Shown one piece after another: positions 1 to 9,801 of a stretch of DNA of 64,000 nt (its first letter is position 1; each line of letters opens with the position of its first letter). Source of the DNA: Candidatus Micrarchaeia archaeon (GTDB lineage Archaea; Micrarchaeota; Micrarchaeia; Anstonellales; J096); NCBI GenBank assembly GCA_041500865.1, contig JBGQMY010000004.1, positions 860 through 64,859 of the forward strand, written 5' to 3'. The notes under the pieces are model-generated. The model made no database searches. It saw only the letters and a program-made list of their open reading frames with translations, and had not been told where the DNA came from. The position numbers were made by a program, and so were the translations under genes.

Positions 1-239
1 TTTATTATTCCGGATATCCTCAGTTTGGAAACGTAAGGGGAGAACTCTATGCCCTCCGTCTGCAGCGACATGAACACTGGTTTCCTTTCCTGCTCCTTCC
101 CGAACTCAACCACCCTGTAAGTTTTCGCCTCTATTATGTCTCCCTTCTTTATCACGTGGGTGAGGTGCCAAAGGTCCAATTCGTTGTCTATGCCGATTTT
201 GATAGCCCCTTTCCTGAGTTCCTTGGATATGATGTGCAT
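1..239 (-). CDS. pelA: Pelota (aDom34) mRNA surveillance protein, N-terminal fragment; the gene continues beyond the window edge
   Basis: Own translation from the ATG at 239 gives MHIISKELRKGAIKIGIDNELDLWHLTHVIKKGDIIEAKTYRV...KLRISGII. This fits the Pelota N-domain pattern (D.LW, GD...T.R, LRI.G). It is absent from the ORF track because it is truncated. Confidence 0.65.
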   Translation of the reverse strand, partial: MHIISKELRKGAIKIGIDNELDLWHLTHVIKKGDIIEAKTYRVVEFGKEQERKPVFMSLQTEGIEFSPYVSKLRISGII

Positions 240-248
240 GGCAAGCCC

Positions 249-848
249 TCATATGCTGTATGCCTGGTAATAGTCTTCGGTTAGCTTCTTCATCCTTACC
301 CTTGTGTAAAGGTAGCCGAAGAACAGGCCGCCCAGGTGCGCGGCTGACGCTATGCCGCTGCCGACCATGTCAAACGTGCCGATGAATTCCACCAGGGTCC
401 AGACCACCACGGCCTGCTTCATCTTCATCGGGAAGAACCACATGAAAACCACGGCTTCGGGAAAAAGCACCGCTGCCGCGGCCATTATGCCGTAGATTGC
501 GCCGCTCGCGCCGAGCGCCGCAACGTCGGGGGTAATCCCTGCCATATACGCAAGCCAATAGAATATGGAACCTACCAGGCCGGCCGAAAGGAATATCTTC
601 AATACCTCGGCGTCGCCGAGCCTCTTTTCCACAAGCGGCCCGAACATGAACAGCGCAAACGCATTGAAGAGGATGTGCAGCAGGTTCGCATGCAGGAAGA
701 TGCTGGTGACCATCCTCCATGGCTCGCTGAACATCAGCGAAGGGACGAAGTCGAACCTTTCGGTGAATCCCGGCACTGCGCCCTGCACAAGGAAAACGAA
801 GAACAGTATCCCAAGCAGAGGCAGCGTGCCTATCGCTGGAAACTTCAT
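249..848 (-). CDS. rhomboid family intramembrane serine protease
   Basis: 199 aa and polytopic. It has the GASGAIYG catalytic Ser motif, AAHLGGLFFG (catalytic His) and HANLLHILFN. Its start overlaps the ppsA stop by 1 nt (TGATG). Confidence 0.85.
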   Translation of the reverse strand: MKFPAIGTLPLLGILFFVFLVQGAVPGFTERFDFVPSLMFSEPWRMVTSIFLHANLLHILFNAFALFMFGPLVEKRLGDAEVLKIFLSAGLVGSIFYWLAYMAGITPDVAALGASGAIYGIMAAAAVLFPEAVVFMWFFPMKMKQAVVVWTLVEFIGTFDMVGSGIASAAHLGGLFFGYLYTRVRMKKLTEDYYQAYSI

Positions 849-3214
849 CAGCCATCTTTCCTCTGCGTCAGCTCCCTGAGCATCCTTAGCGTGACCCTCT
901 TCTCGGCGCTCGCCACTATCTTCTTTGTCCTCTCGAACGCATCGGGGTTGATGGAAACGCTCGTTACGCCGAACTCTATCAGCTTCTCCGTAAATTCAGG
1001 ATACACGCTGGGCGCCTGCCCGCATATTGACGCTGTAACGCCTCTTGCGTTGCATGTCTTGACAACCTGCTCTATGGCGGTCATGACTGCCTCGTTCCTT
1101 TCGTCAAAGTCCCTGCCCAGTATCGTGTTGTCCCTGTCTATCCCGAGTATGAGCTGGGTCAGGTCGTTGCTGCCTATGCTAACGCCGTCTATGCCGACAT
1201 CTATGAACTTGTCAAGCAGGAAGACCGCGCTCGGCACCTCGACCATTATCCAGAGCTTGAAGTCCTTCGTCCTGTGCAGCCCCATCTCATGCATGATGTC
1301 CTTTATCGCCCTTAATTCCCCTACCCTCCTGACGAACGGTATCATGAGCCAGACGTTCCTGAGCGCATACTCGTTTGTGACCTTCTGGATGGCCTCCAGC
1401 TCCATTTTGAAGACTTCCGGCTCCTTGATGTACCTGGACGCGCCCCTGAACCCTATCATCGGGTTCTCCTCCTCGCCCTCATACTTCTCCCCGCCTTTGA
1501 GATGCCTGTATTCGTTGGTCTTGAAATCCGTGGCTCTGTACACGACCGGCCTGGGGTGGAATGCCCCTGCGACCTTGGCTATGTTCTCTGCAAGCGTGTC
1601 TATGAACTCCTGCCTCTTCCCGTCCTCAATGAATTTCCTGGGATGCATGCCCATGTTGGCTATTATGAACTCCGCCCTCATGAGCCCGACCCCGTCAACC
1701 GAGAGGTGCGAGACCTTTTCAGCCAAATCCGGCTGCGCAAGGTTCACATATACCTTGGTTGCGGTTGAAGGTATGAACTCGGACTGGATTATCGTTGGCC
1801 TTATCTCCTCCTTCTTTTCCGTAATGATTGCATTGCCCCTGTAAACAAGCCCGCTCCTTCCGTCAACCGTCACTTCCATCCCTTCGCTGATGACCTTTGT
1901 CGCCGTTCCGGTGCCTACAACGCACGGCACGCCAAGCTCCCTGGACACTATCGCGGCATGGCTCGTTATCCCGCCTTCGTCCGTGACTATGGCTGCCGCC
2001 TTCTTCATTGCAGGCACATAGTCAGGGCTTGTCATTGCCGTCACAAGGATGTCCCCGCTCATGACCCTGCTTATCTCCTCGGGCCCTTTCAGCACCCTGG
2101 CTCTTCCTGCCGCTATGCCTGGCGACGCCGCAAGGCCCTTGAGTATTACCTCGGGTTTCTGCCCGCTGCCCTCTCCCGCAGAAGCGGGGGTGTCTTTTTC
2201 CTCAACCATGGGTTTCGCCCCCCTGAAAACCGGCGTTATCTCCGCCTTCTTGTCCAGCGTGGTCACGTTCCTTGACTGGACTATGAACATCCTGTTTCCC
2301 TCAATCGCCCACTCCATGTCCTGCGGAGCCTTGTAATGGTCCTCTATCAGCTTTCCTGTCTTCGCAAGCTCCTTTATCTCCTGGTCGTCGAGCTTCTGCC
2401 TCCTCATTATGAGCGGATCCAGCTTTTCCTCCTTTGTGCCGCCCTGCGCATCCCTGATTACCATGAAGTCCTGGGCCGCGATTTCCTTGTCCGCTATCGT
2501 GAAGTCGGATTTCCTTACCTTGTACGTGTCCGGCGTCACCTCGCCTGAGACAACCGTTTCGCCAAGCCCGTATGCCGCCTCTATGACCATGATGCTCCTG
2601 TCTTGGGTCACCGGGTCAACGCTGAACATGACGCCTGCCCTGTCCGCATTCACCATTTTTTGTACGACCGCGGCAAGCCCGACCTTCATGTGCTCAAAGT
2701 TGTTCTGCACCCTGTAGAAAATCGCCCTTGGCTCAAAAAGCGAGGCCCAGCATTCCCTTACCGCGTTTATGACCGCCTCATCGCCTTTCATGTTGAGGAA
2801 CGTCTTCTGCTGCCCTGCGAAGCTTGCCTCCGGAAGGTCCTCTGCTGTCGCCGAGCTTCTCACCGCTGTTGCAACCGTTTCCCTTTCAAGGGAGCACAGC
2901 CTTTCATATGCCTCGACAATCTCCTTCCTTATCTCTTCTGAAATCTCCCCTTTCACTATCATGCTTTCTATCTTCCTTGATGCCGAGTCCAATAAGTTGC
3001 TGTCATTGACGTCCAATCCGTCAAGCACTGCGCTCATGGCGCTCTCAAGGTGGTTCGCCCTTATGAAGTCGAAGTACGCGTTGCTCGTGACGATGAAGCC
3101 GCCTGGTATCGGGAACCCTGCCCTTGTCATCTCGCCGAGGTTTGCGCCCTTGCCTCCTGCAATCCCAACGTCGCCTTTCGTGATTTCATCGAACCATCTT
3201 ATGTATTTCGGCAT
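848..3214 (-). CDS. ppsA: phosphoenolpyruvate synthase (pyruvate, water dikinase)
   Basis: 788 aa. The N-terminus MPKYIRWFDEITKGDVGIAGGKGANLGEM is typical, and the phospho-His region GGITSHAAIVSRELGVPCVVG and a C-terminal PEP-utilising TIM barrel (GSNDLTQ) are present. Confidence 0.95.
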   Translation of the reverse strand: MPKYIRWFDEITKGDVGIAGGKGANLGEMTRAGFPIPGGFIVTSNAYFDFIRANHLESAMSAVLDGLDVNDSNLLDSASRKIESMIVKGEISEEIRKEIVEAYERLCSLERETVATAVRSSATAEDLPEASFAGQQKTFLNMKGDEAVINAVRECWASLFEPRAIFYRVQNNFEHMKVGLAAVVQKMVNADRAGVMFSVDPVTQDRSIMVIEAAYGLGETVVSGEVTPDTYKVRKSDFTIADKEIAAQDFMVIRDAQGGTKEEKLDPLIMRRQKLDDQEIKELAKTGKLIEDHYKAPQDMEWAIEGNRMFIVQSRNVTTLDKKAEITPVFRGAKPMVEEKDTPASAGEGSGQKPEVILKGLAASPGIAAGRARVLKGPEEISRVMSGDILVTAMTSPDYVPAMKKAAAIVTDEGGITSHAAIVSRELGVPCVVGTGTATKVISEGMEVTVDGRSGLVYRGNAIITEKKEEIRPTIIQSEFIPSTATKVYVNLAQPDLAEKVSHLSVDGVGLMRAEFIIANMGMHPRKFIEDGKRQEFIDTLAENIAKVAGAFHPRPVVYRATDFKTNEYRHLKGGEKYEGEEENPMIGFRGASRYIKEPEVFKMELEAIQKVTNEYALRNVWLMIPFVRRVGELRAIKDIMHEMGLHRTKDFKLWIMVEVPSAVFLLDKFIDVGIDGVSIGSNDLTQLILGIDRDNTILGRDFDERNEAVMTAIEQVVKTCNARGVTASICGQAPSVYPEFTEKLIEFGVTSVSINPDAFERTKKIVASAEKRVTLRMLRELTQRKDG

Positions 3215-3303
3215 CGTTCCACCACGTCTATATTGCGCTGGCTTGTTTAAAAAGGTTTATTGTTTTCCGTCTGAACTTACACTTTTGGCGACTAATTGTA
3301 AAT

Positions 3304-3759
3304 TTATATCATGACCCTGATTGCGGACCCTATGAGCAGGCTTGCCACAAGCACCAATGCTGCCACGACAAGATGCTCTGCAACCGCGCGGACCGGGTTC
3401 CTCCTGTGGGTTTTTGCGATGAAGTAGCTAAGCACCGCCAGGATTGCCATGCCAACGATTGTGGACACGGCAATGGCATAAGATAACGGCAGGGCAACCA
3501 CAAAAGCTATCAGGACCAGCGTGATGCCCAGCCGCGTAAAGTAATTCGTGATTGTGTTGAGCTTCGTGTGGTCCTTGGACTTTGATTCCGCGAAAATGTG
3601 CATGCCCAGCGAGTCCGCGATGTTGTCTGCAAACGCGATGACCAGCAGCGCGCCGATTATCCCTATATTCGAAACCCCGAGCTGGTTCAGCCCTATCATC
3701 AAGGCAAGGCTGCTGGTCACTGCAGAAGTTGCGCCAAAACTGAATCTGCTTATGTCCAT
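3304..3759 (-). CDS. small integral membrane protein, tentatively VIT1/CCC1-like (DUF125)
   Basis: 151 aa with 4-5 predicted TM helices. The FADNIADSLGMH motif is reminiscent of short archaeal VIT-family proteins. Function is not secure. Confidence 0.4.
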   Translation of the reverse strand: MDISRFSFGATSAVTSSLALMIGLNQLGVSNIGIIGALLVIAFADNIADSLGMHIFAESKSKDHTKLNTITNYFTRLGITLVLIAFVVALPLSYAIAVSTIVGMAILAVLSYFIAKTHRRNPVRAVAEHLVVAALVLVASLLIGSAIRVMI

Positions 3760-3819
3760 GGCTAAATCAGATGCGTTCCAGTATTAAATGCTTTTGTTTG
3801 GGCAGTGCCAATGCGCTTA

Positions 3820-4851
3820 TCATGCCATTTCCTTCATAGCATCCCTAATCTCATCAATCGTTACGCCTGTTATCGTCGCCTTTCCGATGCCTTCCAGCAG
3901 CACCATGCGTATGCTGTTTCCGCGCCTTTTCTTGTCCTTCCTGATGGCATCCATGATGCCTTCTTTGTCCATGCCGCAATCCACAGGCAGGCCGAATGCC
4001 CTTATCAGGCGCAGCAGCCGCTCGGCGTCCGCCTTTTCCATCATGCCCCGGGATGCGGAAATCCGTGCCGCAACCGCCATTCCTGCAGCCACTGCATATC
4101 CATGCGGCATTTTTGCTGTTTTCTCAATCGCATGGCCGAACGTGTGCCCGAAATTGAGCTTCATTCTCTCATATGCCTCGCTCTCGTCCCTGCTGACTAT
4201 GCCTGCCTTCAGCGTTGCGCAGCTTTCTATTATGCCCCCCATTATGCTCTCGTCAAGCCTCAATGCTTCCTTTGTCTTGCTTTCAAGCAGCGCAAACAGG
4301 GTCGCATCGCCTATTGCCGCGCTTTTTATTATCTCGGCAAACCCGCACCTTACCTCGGATATTGGCAGCGTCTTCAGGACGCCGGTGTCGCAGATGCAGA
4401 ACTTCGGCTGCTTTATTGCGCCAATGATGTTCTTGTATCCCATGAAGTTGAATCCGTTCTTGCCGCCTATTGCCGCATCCACCTGCGCCAGCAAGGTTGT
4501 TGGCGCAAACCCGAAATCCAGGCCGCGCAGGTAGTTTGAGGCCGCATATCCCGTAACGTCGCACACTATGCCGCCGCCGATGCCCAGGACAAAAGACGGC
4601 CGTTCCATCTCAAGCTTAAGGAACCTTTTCCATATATGCTCCACTGTCTTGAGCGTCTTATTTTCCTCCCCAAGGCCTATCTCCATGACGTCGTCGCATT
4701 CAGGGAAAAATTTGTTGTAATGTTTGCGCACATTGCTGTCCGTGATTATGGCAACCTTTCCGCCTTTCACGTACTTTCCGGCGTTCGCCAGCATCTCGCC
4801 CACCATTATCCTGCATTTTCCTGTCGGCGCGCTTAGCGTAATGGTTTTCAT
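3820..4851 (-). CDS. aroB: 3-dehydroquinate synthase
   Basis: Motifs [16 protein letters not shown] and [16 protein letters not shown] are present. I moved the start to MKTITL (ATG 4851), which forms an ATGA overlap with the upstream gene's stop. The ORF-track N-terminal extension overlaps that gene. Confidence 0.9.
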   Translation of the reverse strand: MKTITLSAPTGKCRIMVGEMLANAGKYVKGGKVAIITDSNVRKHYNKFFPECDDVMEIGLGEENKTLKTVEHIWKRFLKLEMERPSFVLGIGGGIVCDVTGYAASNYLRGLDFGFAPTTLLAQVDAAIGGKNGFNFMGYKNIIGAIKQPKFCICDTGVLKTLPISEVRCGFAEIIKSAAIGDATLFALLESKTKEALRLDESIMGGIIESCATLKAGIVSRDESEAYERMKLNFGHTFGHAIEKTAKMPHGYAVAAGMAVAARISASRGMMEKADAERLLRLIRAFGLPVDCGMDKEGIMDAIRKDKKRRGNSIRMVLLEGIGKATITGVTIDEIRDAMKEMA

Positions 4852-5666
4852 TTCAACCCATCCACCGCTTTCCTCAGCGCCCTTGCCCTTTTCACTAACT
4901 GTTTGAATTGGCTCGGGTTTAGCGCCTGCTCCTTGTCGCTCAGCGCATTTGCCGGATTGCTGTGCACTTCCACGATTAGTCCGTCTGCGCCGCACGCCAC
5001 TGCCGCCATCGCCATGGGCTCGACCATCTCCGCCCTGCCTGTGCCGTGGCTTGGGTCGACGATTATTGGAAGATGAGTCAGCTCTTTCATTGCAGGAACT
5101 GCATTCAGGTCCAGCGTGTTCCTCGTATAACTTTCAAACGTCCTTATCCCCCTTTCGCAGAGCATCACGTTCCTGTTCCCGCCGCTCAGGATGTATTCTG
5201 CCGCATTGAGCCATTCGTCGTATGTCGCGCTCAGGCCCCGTTTCAGTAATACGGGGGTTTTTGTCTTTCCCACTTCCTTGAGGAGCGCGTAGTTCTGCAT
5301 GTTCCTTGCGCCGATTTGCAAAACGTCGGCATATTCGCATACCGTCTTTACGTCCCTTGTGTCGACCACTTCCGTGACTATCGGCAACCCTGTTTCCTCT
5401 TTCGCCTTTGCCAGGAGCTTCAGGCCTTCAATGCCCAGGCCCTGGAACACATAAGGGGATTTCCTTGGCTTGAACGCGCCGCCCCTGAGCATGTCAGCGC
5501 CTGCTTCCTTGACCGCCTTTGCGGTTTCCATTATCTGCTCTTCGCTTTCCACTGAGCAGGGCCCTGCAATTATCGTCAGGCCTTTCCCGACCGTTGCCTT
5601 GCCGACCTTTATTACGGTCTTTTCATTGCCTTTCCTTGCTGCCAATGGGATGTGCTTCAAGTCCAT
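4848..5666 (-). CDS. 3-deoxy-7-phosphoheptulonate (DAHP) synthase, type I-beta (KDO8PS-like)
   Basis: 272 aa with [33 protein letters not shown] and VDPSHGTG motifs. It is translationally coupled to aroB. Confidence 0.9.
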   Translation of the reverse strand: MDLKHIPLAARKGNEKTVIKVGKATVGKGLTIIAGPCSVESEEQIMETAKAVKEAGADMLRGGAFKPRKSPYVFQGLGIEGLKLLAKAKEETGLPIVTEVVDTRDVKTVCEYADVLQIGARNMQNYALLKEVGKTKTPVLLKRGLSATYDEWLNAAEYILSGGNRNVMLCERGIRTFESYTRNTLDLNAVPAMKELTHLPIIVDPSHGTGRAEMVEPMAMAAVACGADGLIVEVHSNPANALSDKEQALNPSQFKQLVKRARALRKAVDGLK

Positions 5667-5733
5667 GAAAATCAGTTAGTCTTAGGGGTTTTTAACATTG
5701 CAACCAATATCTTTATAAGGATGAATAATTTAC

Positions 5734-6183
5734 ATGGCAAAAATGGCGTGGCTAGCAATTGCCTCATTAGTGTTAATATTGCTGTTTTCAGGATGCTTGA
5801 ACGTCATCACCAATTCAAATTCGCAAAGTAATTATAGCGCATCTAAATGCAACGAAACCAAATGCGAAACGTGCCCTCCGCTGGTAACATGCAACGAGAC
5901 AAATATAATCCGGACTACAACAATCGTTGCAAATGGTTCTGTTTCAGATGAGATCGCAAAATGCAATGTGTTAGAAGATACAACACAAAAAAATACGTGC
6001 TATTCTTCACTTGCCTTGGCTTATGAAGATCCAACTTTATGCGAAAGAATTGTTGATTATGTTGCTGCTTATGAGGAGTATGAAAAGGATAATTGCATAA
6101 CTTCATTGGCAATTAAATATAACAAACCCGGATACTGTAATTTATTATTATATTCATCTAGTTGCTTTAATTCTTTCAATTAA
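5734..6183 (+). CDS. Cys-rich secreted or lipobox protein, hypothetical
   Basis: It has a signal peptide ending in a lipobox-like LLFSGC. A Cys-bracketed unit is repeated (NTCYSSLALAYEDPTLCERI and DNCITSLAIKYNKPGYCNLL). Coding is AT-rich. Confidence 0.6.
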   Translation: MAKMAWLAIASLVLILLFSGCLNVITNSNSQSNYSASKCNETKCETCPPLVTCNETNIIRTTTIVANGSVSDEIAKCNVLEDTTQKNTCYSSLALAYEDPTLCERIVDYVAAYEEYEKDNCITSLAIKYNKPGYCNLLLYSSSCFNSFN

Positions 6184-6199
6184 TCTTATAAGAAAGAAT

Positions 6200-6541
6200 T
6201 TATATCTTGCAGCCCATCCTGCGCGCAAGGTCTGCGCAAACTTCTCTTTTCTTGGATTCGGATGCAGTGAAGAACGTCCTGCGTATTTCAGAAGAGTCAA
6301 TCGTGAATATATAGTTTGTCTTTATCATGCTGTCTTCTGCAGCGCCTTCTGACTTACTGAGAGGCACTCCGTCTACGCTTTGGTTGGTTGTTATTGCAGC
6401 CACCACCACGTTGCCATGCGCCTCAAACAGCACGAATGCCGGGCGCATTTTTGACTCATATGAGTCAATGAATCTTGCTTCGGCGAAGACCACATCCCCA
6501 AATTTATATTGTTTGCCATGCGCTGTTGTTGTCGTGCTCAT
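6200..6541 (-). CDS. MazF/PemK-like type II toxin
   Basis: 113 aa. The pattern KFGDVVFAEARF...KMRPAFVLF...VVVAAITTN matches the PemK/MazF core (GD.v....K.RP.vvl....v..iTs). It sits directly downstream of a small antitoxin-like ORF. Confidence 0.6.
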   Translation of the reverse strand: MSTTTTAHGKQYKFGDVVFAEARFIDSYESKMRPAFVLFEAHGNVVVAAITTNQSVDGVPLSKSEGAAEDSMIKTNYIFTIDSSEIRRTFFTASESKKREVCADLARRMGCKI

Positions 6542-6728
6542 TGTCCCACACTTCCTTCATCTTTTTCATTTGCGCAATCTTGACAAACTGTTTGAGCGCG
6601 GTCTCTTCGGCATATTCGTTTGCCAGCCTCTGGATAACCTCCCTGTATGATTCCCTAGGATGCATTTTCAGAAGGTCCAGCTTTGCCTTAAGGTCTCTGT
6701 CGACCAGTATTGTCGTGTATTCTGTCAT
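6504..6728 (-). CDS. putative antitoxin (archaeal T.I.V..(D/E)..L..LK...ESY..VI..L family)
   Basis: Start set at MTEYTTILVDRDLKAKLDLLKMHPRESYREVIQRL. It overlaps the toxin by 38 nt. It has the same sequence pattern as the antitoxin at 50575-50757. Confidence 0.5.
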   Translation of the reverse strand: MTEYTTILVDRDLKAKLDLLKMHPRESYREVIQRLANEYAEETALKQFVKIAQMKKMKEVWDNEHDNNSAWQTI

Positions 6729-6822
6729 ATACATATATGTACCTATATGTTTATATATGTTGCCCATAGACTATTGTCTCACCTGAGATTTAAAAATCCG
6801 TGCAGACCCCTTTGCCAGAGCT

Positions 6823-8676
6823 TCATCCGGCCTTCGGAAGGTTGGTCTTTTCTCCCCTTTCGATTATCTTGTTGTCAGCCATGACCTCGAAAAGCGCGCC
6901 TGAAAGCTGCATTAGCGCCTTTTCCCTGTTTGCCCTGAGCCCGTTCTCCCTTATGTCCGTGATAAGCGCCTTGTTTTCGCTGCTCAGGCTCATCTTCATC
7001 TTCTCTGCCTTCTCCCTTATCAGGCTTGCTATCTGGTTTCCGCCAAGCTCCTCGAGCTTCTCTATATTTTTCCTTTCGGAAACCTGGTTATGCATCATCT
7101 CAGTGCCCAATCTGAGCATGACCCCGTTCATGTAGTCAACGAGCCTGCTGTCTTCCACGCCCTTCATGGCGTTCGCCAAGTCTCTCGCACTGCGCTCTTT
7201 TATGCTGCTGGTGATGGCATTTACGGTTTTCGGGTCTGCCTTTACCACATTCTTGGCGAAGTCGCCTATCTCATTTGCCGCGCTTTCCCTCTGCTCTGGC
7301 ATAATGAACATCAGATTGCTTAGTATGACTACTTTCTCATTCTCTATTTTCCTTTCCGCGGCATAGGCCTTGAGCTCAAGGTGCGCATCCTTGTGCGCCG
7401 TTTCCCACGCAGAGCCGATTTGCCTTTCCAGCGCCTCTCTTTCCCGCGCCGTAATCCCCTTTATCTTGGCAATAGTGGGCATATTGGTTATTTCGCCGTC
7501 TTTTACAGTGATAGCCTTCTTGAGCGCCGCCCTGCTGCCGGCATCCTTGATGTTCATGTCTATCACTATAGGGACAACGAATGCGTTGAACCCCCTGTTG
7601 AGCATGCTTGACAGGCTCCTGTCAGCTTCCCTGTTTATCTCCCCGGACAGCCCGTCCCTTTGGCCAAAAAGCAACTTCTCCAGCTCCACCTCCCGGAGGG
7701 CCTTCTTTATAGCATCGTTGATTTCCTTTTCAGTAACTGAAGCCGATTTTAGGTGCTCCTCAGTCTCCCTTGTTTTAGCGAGGTTTTCATCGAAAACCCT
7801 TGGTGTTGAGCCGGATTCAGAGAGCTTCTCCATGATTGTCGAGGTTGAGACGGCTGCGAGCGCTGCGGTTTTGAGGGTTGGGACGGTCGATGCGACTTTA
7901 ATTATATCTTCAATTCTTGCCATGTTTTCTACTGTCGAAATGTAATAATTCTGCAGAGTTTTTTGTAATTCTCTGCTTATATCTCTTTGGCCAACTTCAT
8001 CAACTAAATACCAGTCCACGTTCGTATTCTCTTTTACAAGTGCAGTTCCTCTTCCCGTAACCTCACTCTCATATGTTATCGTTGTGGCTCCAGTTATGGG
8101 ATCATATGTTCCATAATAATCCTTGCCTTTTTCACGTACTCTTATGGCATAGTCAGGTTGGCCGGATGAACTCAATCTACTGTTAAGAGATATCCCAATA
8201 AGTGTTCCATTTGGACCTTGAATTGTAAATTCTTTCCCAGGACTATTCGAGGCTTGCCCAAATACTTCTGGTTGGTTTTTTTGTATCCAAGCACTAGCAT
8301 TTGATATATTATCTTTGTATTTGTTCGCTTCTTTATCCGCTTGTTTATTTTGCTCTGCTATCCTGCTTTCAAGTTCCGTCTTAACAGTTGGAGTAAGCAC
8401 ACTGTTTAGAAAATCAGGATTCTTAGTCGTTTGACTAACTATTATTAATTTTCTGCTCCCATCTTCCGCTCTCATCAACGTTATGCTTTCTTTTCCTTTT
8501 GTAATAGTGATAGTTTTATCGTCTGCCTTTTCCGATTTTGATATGGTTACGCCCCCCAGCACAGAAATTTTAGTGCCAACAGCTAAGAAACATGCATTCC
8601 AAAGTAATTCTTCGTTCTTAATCGATTTTTTATCAGTTTGCTTTTGCGCGGAATCCATAAATGCATCGTCTGCCAT
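6823..8676 (-). CDS. hypothetical 617-aa protein (beta-rich N-terminal half, helical/coiled C-terminal half)
   Basis: Long ORF with an SD-like GTGA 6 nt upstream of the ATG, 15 nt downstream of the preceding gene. No motif recognised. The N-terminal ~260 codons are strikingly AT-rich. Confidence 0.75.
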   Translation of the reverse strand: MADDAFMDSAQKQTDKKSIKNEELLWNACFLAVGTKISVLGGVTISKSEKADDKTITITKGKESITLMRAEDGSRKLIIVSQTTKNPDFLNSVLTPTVKTELESRIAEQNKQADKEANKYKDNISNASAWIQKNQPEVFGQASNSPGKEFTIQGPNGTLIGISLNSRLSSSGQPDYAIRVREKGKDYYGTYDPITGATTITYESEVTGRGTALVKENTNVDWYLVDEVGQRDISRELQKTLQNYYISTVENMARIEDIIKVASTVPTLKTAALAAVSTSTIMEKLSESGSTPRVFDENLAKTRETEEHLKSASVTEKEINDAIKKALREVELEKLLFGQRDGLSGEINREADRSLSSMLNRGFNAFVVPIVIDMNIKDAGSRAALKKAITVKDGEITNMPTIAKIKGITAREREALERQIGSAWETAHKDAHLELKAYAAERKIENEKVVILSNLMFIMPEQRESAANEIGDFAKNVVKADPKTVNAITSSIKERSARDLANAMKGVEDSRLVDYMNGVMLRLGTEMMHNQVSERKNIEKLEELGGNQIASLIREKAEKMKMSLSSENKALITDIRENGLRANREKALMQLSGALFEVMADNKIIERGEKTNLPKAG

Positions 8677-8691
8677 AATATCACTTTGTAA

Positions 8692-9624
8692 TCATAGCTC
8701 TGAATACTTCATTAAAGCAGACATAACGCTGTCAGGGTCATCTTTATTTCTAGTAAAATAATATAGATTTGAGTATTTTTGTTCTGTTGAATATACAAAA
8801 TAGCTTATCATGCTATTTTCTATTCCATCTTTTATATATCTGAAGTAGATACCAAACTGAATCCGCTCATTAGCTGCCTTGCCAAAAAATGGCGTAATAT
8901 CAAACACCTCACAGCCATTTGGGCATGATAATATTGAAGTATATCCTTTGTTTTCATCCTTTTTATCATAGAACCTTATATTTATCTCTGTCTTGTTGTT
9001 TTTTGTTCCAACAATTTTGCTTCCATTTATGATATCTATGAAAATGGACAATTTGGCGCTTCCAGTATCCATATCTGCAATAAGAGATTTTATTCCTCCA
9101 TTTTTTACTGATTTAAAGAAATTCTCTTCACTTAGTCCAAGTTCTCTTAACATTTTTTGTATTGATGATGGCGCATATGTAATATCACAGATACTTCCTT
9201 TAACAACTCCTATCAAAGTATCTGTTTCGGTAACGATTTTACCCTGTCCTGCAGTTTCCATTTTTTCTAGCATTGCTTTAATTAGTTCTGCTTTTCTTGT
9301 GTTGGTTTCTTTTTTCATTTCTCCTTCTAGTCGATTAAGATCTATTTCAAACTGATCTATAGTTAGTCTACTTTTTTCCGTCTGTTCCGTCTTATTCCCG
9401 CTCGGTACGCTCATCGCGACCTCCTGCGCCGTGGCAATCGACGGCTTGAACAGCAGCAGCGCGCCGATGCCGACAAGCCCTGCAAAACTCGCAAACGCCG
9501 TTTTCCTGCCAATGCCTCTTGTTCTCTTTCTTGCCTTTTCCTCTGTAAGGGGCTCTCCCGGAACATGACCATGAGTAGAACGAACTGCGCTAACCATCTT
9601 CCCCTTAGATTTTTCGCCTATCAT
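8692..9624 (-). CDS. hypothetical signal-anchored or secreted protein (310 aa)
   Basis: Basic N-terminus followed by a TM segment (RKTAFASFAGLVGIGALLLF). The mature part is AT-rich coded and no domain was recognised. Confidence 0.7.
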   Translation of the reverse strand: MIGEKSKGKMVSAVRSTHGHVPGEPLTEEKARKRTRGIGRKTAFASFAGLVGIGALLLFKPSIATAQEVAMSVPSGNKTEQTEKSRLTIDQFEIDLNRLEGEMKKETNTRKAELIKAMLEKMETAGQGKIVTETDTLIGVVKGSICDITYAPSSIQKMLRELGLSEENFFKSVKNGGIKSLIADMDTGSAKLSIFIDIINGSKIVGTKNNKTEINIRFYDKKDENKGYTSILSCPNGCEVFDITPFFGKAANERIQFGIYFRYIKDGIENSMISYFVYSTEQKYSNLYYFTRNKDDPDSVMSALMKYSEL

Positions 9625-9801
9625 GCTCTATTTTATGCGTCTAACTGTTTAAAAACATAGGTGCTTTATTTATAAATGACAAAGGACGGGTCTATCGTCA
9701 CGGCAAACTATAGCAACCCCATTGTCTCTCTGACCTCTCTCTTTTTAATCCAACAGCTTCTTTGACGAAACAGTCGGCCAAGCAATGAACGAGCGCGTCC
9801 T

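Noticed and set aside
675-1844. A long plus-strand ORF (389 aa), plus several shorter ones, antisense to ppsA.
   Set aside because: It lies entirely inside the unambiguous PEP synthase gene on the other strand. Its translation is Ser/Leu/Met-rich low complexity with no motif. This is a typical shadow ORF of a GC-balanced gene.
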